From Gnetum montanum (lineage: Eukaryota; Plantae; Gnetophyta), in NCBI GenBank assembly GCA_015680685.1, contig MNCI01002119.1, positions 186,001 to 250,000 on the forward strand: DNA of 64,000 nucleotides, read 5' to 3'. Position numbers and translations under genes: made by a program. The notes beneath the pieces are model-generated. The model had not been told where the DNA came from. It saw only the letters and a program-made list of their open reading frames with translations, and made no database searches. Within the stretch, counting starts at the first letter, position 1. Each line of letters opens with the position of its first letter. Shown in pieces: positions 25,597 through 36,318 of this stretch.

Positions 25597-28500
25597 TCAT
25601 GCATCATCTTCTCCTACATCATCTTCCTCTGCATCATCGTTCCTGCCCTCAAAGTACCTTGCATCTTCATCCAGGTTCTGTGTCATAGAAATTAAAGTAG
25701 TCAGCTAGAGCCACAATAAAAACTAGAATAAAATAAATTGCTGCATCGCAAGAGGTGACTAACTCGAGACGGCCTCATGTCTATCTCAGGGTGTATGTGA
25801 TCCAAGCTAGTCCCTAGGCATTGCTAGACCTCCTCTTCAGTAATGTCTGTCTAGTACCTATCTCCCAAGGTAGCATCTTCTACAACTTTCTCTTTCTTAA
25901 CAGCCATCCATCTAGGTGTCCTTGGAGAAAAGAAGGCAGTGGTGATCCCACCCATCGAGAAACTCACTTTCTGTTCAGGAGATTCAGTGATTGTCACTTG
26001 TTGCATGAACTTGTTGTAAGCCCTAGAAGAACCAATGACATTGATGAATAATTCATGTGTATACAGCTTCACAAAAGCATCCCAGTACTATTTACAATAA
26101 GTGGCACATTCCAGTTTATACATATGCTTATGGTTTTTTTGGGACTTCCCCCACGCATAAACTCTTGCACTATAATATTTCCAATCTTGGTTCTTTGGTG
26201 CCAACAAGTCCATTTGCATTCACTGCTCTATTATTTCCTGGGTGGCCTCATTGTTGTGCCACACAACCATTTAATATCTCGCATAATCAATGACAGCCAT
26301 GCATCAATTTCCATCGTTGGTATCCCGAGCCAAGAGGAACTCATTTCTGGAGCAGAGGTCTCCCACCTCAGTGGTTAGACTTGCCTTCTCCTTCTCAAGC
26401 CTCTAGACCCATTTCCACAAGTCTTCATTTGTACACTTGCACTCCCACAAGGATCACATCGAGTATAACGCACATTCACTAACCTCATCATATATGCGAT
26501 GAGGTACCTTAGTCACTTTTTATGGGAATGTAGGAATAGCATCAACCTTAACTGCTTTATTTGGGTCCCACTTTAGGTGAGAGGCTATCAACCATACATA
26601 AAAGGCATGAGTCATAGTGGCATAGCAAAGTTTAGCAAGTTGGCATAGCAAAGTTTACCAAGTGGACATAGCAACATTTACCAAACTAAAAAGCCTAGTG
26701 TAGCTACTTCACTAGCCCACTTCTAGATCGATCTGCCTTAGATGGTCGATCATGTCATCGATCACCTCCTGCATAAAGGTAAACTTATTAGGGGTGTTAG
26801 CCCATGGTTACAGGTAGATCGAATAAGGCCCTGCAGTGTCAATAGTGGTGTATGCTACATAACAAAACATGTTCGTTATGATCAAGAGAACTATAATAAA
26901 GATGATGAGCATTACAAATGATAGTGTAAAGCTCCTACCCAACAAAACCTCAAGGGTGATAGCAAGGGGGTCACCCATCAACATACTGTCAAAAATGTGG
27001 TCAAACTCACAAGCATCAAGTTGTAGCTCCCCTCCTTCTAGCTAACTTAGCATCATGGAAGTGCCCTCTACATTCATCTACTCCTCTAGCGCTGAACTAC
27101 ATTTAGCAAAGGGATCATTGGCGGGTGCCCCTTTCTGGTTGACAAGGGCCTCTTCTTTATTCATCGGGGCCCTTCTTTCTATGGTACCCATCTCTTCCTC
27201 ATCGACAAGAGCATCCTCCTCAACAGTAGGAGTGTCCTCATTAGCAGGAATATCCTTCTCATCAATACGAGTGTTCTCCTCATTAGCAAGAGTCCTTTCC
27301 TTTGTGGCAAGAGCTCCTTCTTCCTTGATCGTAGCCCTTTCCTCTATGGCTAGGGCTCCCGCATCTTTATTAATTTCCATTGTTTTGAGTGTCGTCACCT
27401 ATTCCTCACCTTCTTCTCCTTCTTCTTCCTCTTTTAATAAAATGTAGTTACATTGGGTGAAAGCATACTAACTTAAAACAAATACTACGATGTGCTATGC
27501 TATCTAGCGTAGCATAGCATAGCAAGCATTAACCAAACAAATGAGGTAGAGAATTAAAAGAGGATGCACTTACTAATGGGAGGTTGCATTTTGCGAAGCT
27601 TGAATGGCAGTTTCTACCCCCCTTGTTCTTTCATATGGGAAGGCTCCTCAATTGGGTGAGATCTCTTATGCTGCAACTTACTTGCCACCATTTCCACAAT
27701 GAGGCATTTCCCCTATGATACACTACCACCTCTTCTAGGTTGTCTTGGGCACAAAAATTATGTGCCACCCAATCGCTTATCGTCATTGAAAATGACTCCC
27801 CAATAGCTTCTGGGGGATCCTGGGATTGGGTGGTACGGAAGACTTGGCAAAACCATGGTTTGGAAATCTGGTTATGATTTTGCATCACCCAAACTCCATT
27901 CTCATGGATCACTAAGAATTCAATGAAGTGTCGTAGACAGGCCACAAAGAAGGCATGATGCACATTAAAATGGGATTCAAGCTTCTTACGAAGCTTGACC
28001 ATTTCAGCTTGCAGACCTTTACAAAGATTCTTGGCCCAATTGTAATGTGTCCCCTCTTCCATAACCTCTCTCATTATGGAAGCTTGCTTGATCCCAATGA
28101 TTTTTCCTTGGGAGAGTAGCTTGGGAAAAGCATGGGCACGGAAGAAAGGGTAAACTGTTTTGGCCGCTCTTAGCCTAGCCTCCTCAATATGGATCCCCTT
28201 GCAATCCCTCTCCACCCCTAGCCACTCCTCAATGTCCCCTTGATGGTTGGCCTCCTAATTAGTCTTTGCTCCCATGGGGAGACCATCAGCAAGGACACTG
28301 AAGAGATCTACGAATAGTTGGTCGTTAATCTCCAGCACCACTAGCACACCATGCACACATGTGCTAAAGTGATCTACTCTTTTGGAAAAGGAGTTAGCTC
28401 TAGCAAGCATCTCAGCAATAGGGACACTAGGGTTGATGACCAAGAACAACTCCATGAGCCCAGCATCTTGAAGGTTGTTGACAAGTGATTTTGGGGCCCC

Positions 28501-30334
28501 GTTGCAAAGCTAGTATTGGGTCTCATCCACCTCCCCATACTTGAAGTAAACACTGGCCTCGTTATGCCTAGAGGTGATCATGGTGACCTCCTAGGATTTC
28601 TTCAACACTGTAGCAATTTACAAGAGAAAAAGTAAAAATTTAAACAAAATGAAAAAATAGAAGAAAAATAGAAATGACACTCGAGCATACAAACATGAAT
28701 TCATAGGCTAGCATACCAAGTTTGAACGGTGATGGAAATGGTGGGAGATCCCCAACACATCTTCAATGGTGATTAGCCTAAGGGATGCCCAATCCCCATC
28801 CAACCAATTGACCTATTTACACTTATTGCAAAATTGAGAGTACCATTTTGGATTGGTTTTGTGCTCACCCCTGCATTGGCCTATCATAACGGCACGTACA
28901 TTCTCGATAGAGGAAAACTCTTGCAAGGCCATTTGTGCCAAAGCCAAGGCATCGGTATCATTGTGAAGCCCATTCCTGCCGATATAAAACATGGTAACAA
29001 ATAAAAAAGGCACATACACTATTAACATTGTTACCTAGCATAGCATGCATTGCATAATATGATAGACTATGTTTATAGAACTCACCTACTAGCAAAATAA
29101 ATGGTTCCTAGTGGGTTCTGAAAACAAGTACCCATGTGGCGGGTAACAAACAATGTATTGTATAAGTGGTAACACTTATACTATGGCATCCTCCAGATCC
29201 AACTCAAGCATATCAAGCATTTTGGATGCTAGTTGGATCCTTTTTCCTACTCACCCTCAATTTCCCGATCGGTCAAAAATTTTAGAATACCCCAGTTTGC
29301 CCTAGGAAATAGGGTTTTTGTAATTACGGCTGGTGTCTTGGCTGATAAGTGTGACCAAATGATTACACTAAAGTGCTGGAGGAGGAATTGTAAGAAGTCA
29401 CGCGTGCCTTCATAGAACCAAATTGCCTACTGCTCCACACATGCATGAGGTGGAGGAACATTAGCCACCAATTCACTTAGGTAGCACAGGACTCCTACAA
29501 TTTCCAAGATAATCAAAATGGGTTTTAACATCACCTTGCACGACAGAATGGAAAATGTTAGCATCATGTTTGAGTGTTTTTCACAGGTAGAATAGCACGA
29601 TTAGCCATTTGCAAATAGCATAGCATAACCCTTTCTTTGCATGCAACATAGCATAAGCACCCAGTAGCAAATAGCATAACGTAACCCTCCCTTTGCATGT
29701 AGCATAGTAGAACCATAGGATCAATAGCATAGTAACATGATACTATCGATGTGTTGGTCTAAAGGTTTTACAACACATTGTCCTAGCATAGCAAAAATTC
29801 TTAAATACAAATTTCAAATCAGAAACAATTTAATACGCTATAGCCATTTTGACCAACCTTCTACCATACAAAATGACTCACACAACATTGCGTTAGACAC
29901 GTGTGGCATTGTCAAATCTCGCACATGGCCAAACCCTGCTAAGGGCCGTACGCTATGCTATTTATGTGCTAGGTCGCCAGAAACACCTAAACCTCCATGA
30001 AGAGGCAGTCACAGCAATGACGTTCTAGGAAATACTGCATGCAATCTTAGCGTAGTATCCGTACACCTATCTCGGCCGAATCGGCAACAGCGACAGTGTA
30101 ACGGTCAAGATGGAAAAAAAATGGTGACAGAAGATGGATTTCAAAACAAAAAAACAAAAAAAAAAGAGACAACAACAACAACCTGGAGAGAAAAGGTAGC
30201 ATAGCAACTTACTGGGCTGATGGAGTCTCCTCTCATACTGCGACGTGCGCCTACGACAGATGTACCAGGGTGTCTTTCACCTCATCCACCTTGGTGAGTG
30301 CTAGGTGTTTGCATTCTCTTTTAGGTGCCATCAT
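25597..30334 (-). pseudogene. E2 antisense multi-exon accessory gene (most complete copy, ~9 exons)
   Basis: Predicted exons 30334-30213, 29535-29182, 29117-29086, 28975-~28700, 28607-27574, ~27430-26939, ~26830-26710, ~26584-25764, 25677-25597 (TGA); most stops look like CAG/CGA/TGG deamination products; homologous to E1 and to the E3 remnant. Confidence 0.82.
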
Positions 30335-30430
30335 CTCAGTTGTAGATTATTTTTTAGTCACTACGCTAAATCGCTTTACTCTTTGTCAATATAATCGCTC
30401 TATACTTTGGATGTGAGTTTTGCTCTTACA

Positions 30431-30471
30431 ATGAAAATGACGAGTTTACTAGGGGTAAACCCTTATTTATA
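30431..30471 (-). promoter_or_regulatory. TATA box and initiator-like motif of the E2 antisense gene
   Basis: Minus-strand TATAAATA at 30471-30464, TCATTTTCA at ~30440-30432, ATG about 100 nt further on. Confidence 0.65.
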
Positions 30472-30589
30472 ACCAACATGGTAAAAGGGAACTTGCCATT
30501 TTTTGCACATCGATTAATGTGGGATAGTCTATATAGTGTAGCACTCCCGCCATAGCATAGTAGCACTGTTCACATCGTAGAAGGTGGAC

Positions 30590-30960
30590 CCAACCAAAGA
30601 CTTCACCCCACCTTAAACTAGCATTTTACCTCTATGAGAATAGCCCATTAATAGTCCACAAAGATGTGAAACTAGTAGTCTTGACTTGCGGTTTCGGCCA
30701 GGTTAACGGTCCACAAAGACCTTAAACTAGCAGTTTTGACCCATAGTTTCGATCAAGTTAGTAGTCCGCAAAGACCTTAAACTAATAAACTAATACTATT
30801 AACTTACAAACCTAACCCATCAGTGGTCTGTAAAGACCTTAAACTACCAGTTATGACTTAGAATTCGACCAAGTTAGCTGTCCACAAACACCTTAAACTA
30901 GCAATGCTAAAATACAACTTTGCATCCAGGCAGTCCGCTACGACCTTAAACTAGCAGCTT
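30590..30960 (+). repeat. ~55-bp tandem array with core GTCCACAAAGACCTTAAACTAGCA upstream of RT
   Basis: About 7 units; core shared with the 3'-UTR arrays. Confidence 0.8.
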
Positions 30961-31097
30961 GCGAACCTTGTATCATAGTTGACTATTTCAAGCATTTCAT
31001 ATCTCATTGTTTCTTTGCAAATGTTTACTATGCGTTGTTACTACAGATAGGTATCACTTAACTTTGATTTTATGTTACTGTGGTAGGTTGAGCAAGA

Positions 31098-34000
31098 ATG
31101 GCCATGCATCATGATTTTTCTTCACCTCTAGTCTTAATAGGCCCACATAGCGAGCTTAATAGATAATTGAACCTAGAGTCAATAGACTAGGAATCATCCA
31201 CCGATAGCACTATTGCATCCTTAGAAACATCCCCAGACTGGCCTGAACACCTAGTCCAAGCCTTAGATTTAGAGGCTGGGGATGTAACTGAGGACCCTCT
31301 CATTGAAATTCCTATGACTACATCCAGGGGAAAAATAAAAACGTTAAAACTTGGCTCCCTTATAGATTCAAAAATGCATAAAGATGTATGCAAAATCCTT
31401 CAAGATAACATCGATGTAATTGCGTGGTCTTATAACGACATGTCGGGCTTAGATCTGAGGCTTATATAGCATAACATTGTCTTAAACTTGCGTATGAAGG
31501 CAATTAAAAAAAAGGTTGACAAGGTTAAACCAGATATCACACTGGTCATACACGATGAAATCACTAAGTTGTATCAGGCTGGTTTCATCCAGGCATTTGA
31601 TTACTCGGAATGGATGTCAAACATTTTTGTAGTTTCTAAGAAAATGGGAGGAATAAGAATCTATATAGACTTCCAGGATCTGAACAAAGCAACGATCAAG
31701 GATGACTTCCCACTACTGAGTATTGATCAAGTTATCAATACTACGGCTAGTCACACTCTACTATCCTTCATGGACAGTTTCTCTAGCTACAATCAAATTT
31801 TTATCAACCAAGAGCATTAGTTAACAACCACTTTCATGACCCCATGGGGTACCTTTTGTTATACTATGATGCCTTTTGGGCTCAAAAATGCCAGAGCAAC
31901 CTACCAAAGAGCCATGACATACATCTTTAGCAACTACATCCTAGAAACACTAAATGACTATGTGGATGAAATAGAAGTTAAATCTAAAGCAGCTGCTAAT
32001 CATCTCAACGATCTAGGTGTAGTCCTAAAATGCTACCAAATGCATGACTTATGCCTCAATCCAAAAAAGTGTGTCTTCGGGGTGAAAACTAGATGCATGT
32101 TAAGGTTTGTAGTGTCGAAGGTTGGAATACGAGTGGACCCTGACAAAGTTAAGGCCATCATTAATCTAGTGCCCCCTATCAACCTTAAATAATTTCCCAA
32201 GTTGTAAGGTAGAGTATAGTTCATTAGAAGGTTTATAGCAAAGTTGACTGACAAGTTACACCCTATGCAACACTTACTAAAGAAAGGGATTAACTTCGAA
32301 TGGACAACACAATGGCAGCAAGCCTTCGATAACCTAAAGAAAGAGCTTTTACACCTCCCAACTATTTACCCACCACAGAGGGATAAGCCTTTCTTCGTCT
32401 ACCTTGCCACCTCAGATACGTCTATCATGGCACTATTATGTCAGAGAAGAGATGATGACTCTGACATTCCATTTTATTACCAGAGTCATGCATTGATAGC
32501 ATATGAAGCAAAATACAATGAGGTAGAAAGAAATTTCCTCACCCTAGTGTTTGCATTGAAAAAGTGGAGGCATTATTTGTTCCATAGCAAAGTTAACATT
32601 GTGTGCAAAAGCAATGTACTCTGGGCTATCATGAACAATCTATACGAAAGCAGTAGGATAGCCTGGTGGAAAGCCATAATGGCGGAATTCAATTTGCATT
32701 ATATGACCCAATCGTCGACAAAAGGTTAATCCATAACTATGCAACTTACAACCTCACCTGTCGACAATCAGGCAATCATAGACCCTGAATTCCCTGATGA
32801 GCACATTAACATTATCAACCCTATCCCACTGAATTTAGAGGCTACCTTGCATTTTGACTATGCCTTGACTACATGAGATGGTAGTATAGCAGCCATCATT
32901 ACGTTCCCCTTTGAGGATATTCAACTATTTACTTATCATTATGTATTCCTTTGTATGAACAATGTGGCAGAGTATGAAGGACTGTTTAGGGGCCTCTTAG
33001 CAGCCCAAGCATTGAAAATTCAACACCTGGAAATTTGAGGTGATTCACAACTTGTTGTTAATCAAATCACTGAGTTCTATGATTGCAAAGCTATGCACCT
33101 GCAACCCTATTGCGACCTAGCCAAAATTTTACTCAAGCAGTTTGCCACAACAGATGTCCAACATGTGCTATGTAATGAGAACATTGTAGTAGATGATTTG
33201 GCCATCCTAGCATTAAATGTGCCACCACACTTGTTCGCAAAGTTTCCTGCTTCGATAACCGAGTGTACGGAGCCTATCACTCAAGTAGTACATGTCACCT
33301 CTGTAAGCACGGCCGATATCCAAGAGTGGTACATCAACATTAAAGCATATTTGTAACATGGTGAACCCCCACGTGGATTGACATCTACCCAAAGGGATGT
33401 GATCCACAAGCATGCTCGACAATATGTACTTATGGGAGATAACACTTTATGCAAAAGATCCTTTGATGGGATATTTCTAGCATGCGTAAATGAGGGAAAT
33501 GTGCAAAAAATCATTAATGAGGTTCATGAAGGACTATGTGGTGCACACATAGCCCCTAGGGCCATGGCAGTAAAGATTAGATGTCTAGGGTACTACTGGC
33601 CTCACATGGAACGAGATTGCCTTGCCAAGGTCAATACTTGTAACATGTGCCAATGATATGAAAATATTATACACATTTCACCTACCGAGTTGCACCTGAC
33701 ATAGATCACGTGGCCATTCCAATGATGGGGACTAGACATTATAGGGCCTATCACACCTAAGTCTTCCACAGGACATAGCTTCATCATCATTGCCACTAAG
33801 TACTTTACAAAGTGGGTAGAGGCTATCCCCCTTAGGAAGACTACATCTCAACAGGTTTTCCACTTCATATTGGATAACATAGTGAAAAGGTTTGGGCTTC
33901 CCATGACTATTGTGATAGACAACGGGCGACATTTTAGTAGTGCAGAAACCAAAACCTTTTGCAACAACCTTGGCATTAAGCAATCCTTCTCCTCACCATA

Positions 34001-34565
34001 CTACTTGCAGGCAAATGGACAGGCAGAAGCTATGAACAAAGACATCATCAACTTGCTCAAGAAAATTCTTAGCAGTAGCAAGAGGTGGCATGAGTAAATC
34101 CTCTATGTGCTATGGGCTTATAGAATGACATGCAAGATGGCGATAGGTAAAACTCTTTACAGCCTTGTTTATGGATCTGAAGCGGTGTTGCCTCTTGATT
34201 TGTAGGTACCATCATTTAAAATAATCATGTCTAATGTTGTGAATGAAGCCCAGAACAATGAGTTGAGGATCATCGATCTTGAATCCATAGAGGAGGAGCG
34301 TGCACAAACACTTGGCTGCATCGAGCGATATCAAGATAGGAAATGGCAAAAGAATCATGCAAACCCACATCAATGGATGATAAAAAAGGTGAACCTCATT
34401 CTCAAGGTTGTCTATGAACATGTGAACAAATTCTCATCAAACTGGGAAGGTCCATTTATGGTCACAAAAGCCTATGGGAACAGAGCCTTCAAGCTGGTAG
34501 ACATGGATGGCAAAGAGTTTGTGAATCCTATGAATCACTTGTATCTCAAGCCATACTACATCTAA
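31098..34565 (+). pseudogene. pol: E2 pol: RT-RNaseH-aRH-integrase
   Basis: TPWGTFCYTMMPFGLKNARATYQ, NDYVDEI; FFVYLATSD; LHFD..EYEGL..GDSQLVVNQ; HEGLCGAH..CNMC; NGQAEAMNK; NWEGPF..YLKPYYI. Confidence 0.95.
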
Positions 34566-34587
34566 TGCATGAGCAAGGTAAGAAAAC

Positions 34588-34972
34588 CATCTACTATGAC
34601 GTAAAATTGGCAAAGCTCATTTGCTATGACGTAAAACTGGCAAAGGTTATCTGCTATGACTATAAACTGGTACAAAGATAGTCTGCTATGACTATAAACT
34701 AGCACATTTTCCATAATGTAAAAGTAGAAAAGATCATCTACTAGGACATAAAACTAGCATATATGGTCTGCTACGACCTTAAACTGGCCCATCCACCATC
34801 CACTATGATGATAAACTAGCACAGTGGTCTGCTGGGACATTAAACCCGCATAGTGATCTGCTAGGACCTTAAACTAGAACACATCGGTTTGCTAGGATCT
34901 TAAACTAGCACACTACAGTCTGCTGGGACCTCAAACTAGCACATCATGGTCTACCAGGACCTTAAACTAGGT
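34588..34972 (+). repeat. E2 3'-UTR tandem array (~30-bp units)
   Basis: About 13 units of TCTGCTAYGAC..TAAACTRGCA with variable short linkers. Confidence 0.9.
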
Positions 34973-36318
34973 TTACGGCATAGCGTCCTTAGTGTGCATA
35001 CCCGACCCTATGAGCAAGCGAGCGTGCACAGTGCCAACACTGGGTGGGACGTTGCAATTCCAGAATGTAGTTCATGATGCTAAGAAAATACCCTCTAGAA
35101 TATATGCAAGGCCACTACCCATGGCATATTTGTGATCCTCTAAATATATCTTCTAACATCTTTCTGACCTTTTGAAGCTACCGCTATCATGGCCCATTGC
35201 CCTAGCAGTATCTTCCATGGTCGACACCTACTACTGGAGTCCCAACACTATTGTGGCCCAGCCACAATGTCGTTGTCCTCTAGCCCCTACCCTATTTTGA
35301 GCTCAATAGGTGATCATCTATTAAGCCTCTCTACTTATAGTTGAGCTACATAATGTTTTCCTTAGGCAGGGACTCCTAAGCACTCGCATCACCATAATTC
35401 CTAGCCTCCTCGGTGCCAACCCCTACACACTGATGCTGCCAGAACCTCCACTGGCCTTTCTGGTTTGGATGTTGCATGCCTTAGCAACAATCTCCATTAC
35501 TCCAGAAGTGTCCAAAGCTAGCAAGACCTTTACCTTCATCCTACTTGATGGTTGTTTCTTCTGGTTTTCTCTCTATTGTGTTTGCAGGGTACATGCTAGA
35601 GGAGCGTCAGTTAGAGGTGTGTTTCACCAAGGCTGTAGGACACTTCATCATTCCAAGGTGATCATCCTAACTAGCTTGGCTACTTGGCAGTGCACACCCT
35701 ATCCTCCCCCTTAATCTCCTTTACCTTGTTTCTTACACCCCAAACTCTCCTTCTCACACCTCTTTTTACAAATTTTCTTGATGCCTATAAAGCCCTCCTA
35801 TATGCTCAACCGCAAAGTCCATGATGTGTGTAATGCAATTCGCCACATGGGAAGCATCTGTAGGTAGGTCAAAGCCCCATGTGGATGTAATGAAACTCAT
35901 CTTTGGGAGGAAACGCCTATCCTACAACAACAAGGTTGTTTGCAAATGAACATGGAAAAACAGAAAATGAAAAGCGTAAAAGAGCAAAAGCTCAAAAAAA
36001 ACGCGTGTCCAAAAGAAATGGCACATCAGCTGTTTTGCAATGACCATCTCTAAGCATTCTGACAAGAGGTCATAAGCCTACAAAATAAATATTCCCATGC
36101 ATATCGACTCCCTCACAAGCATTCTGACGAGGGACCACACTATGCTACATCTTTCCCTTCCAAACACTGTTCTCGTAGATTCACCTTTTCCCCTTTCCTT
36201 ACATAATTATCCTGGCACTCTCAAGCATAGCTAAGTGACATCTAGAAAATTACTAAAGAGTGATGTTAGCATCTTGTCTTTCATGGTGTTTCATTAGATG
36301 TCGTCAAAGAGGGGCTAG

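Noticed and set aside
27631-28215. env-like interpretation of the extra ORF
   Set aside because: Antisense, located between PR and RT, and no clear signal peptide or transmembrane anchor
35588-35714. Short sense ORF after the 3'-UTR acceptor (GAFH.GG..YPPP)
   Set aside because: Similar in E1-E3, but the frame is not kept in the least-decayed copy E4; nucleotide homology explains it
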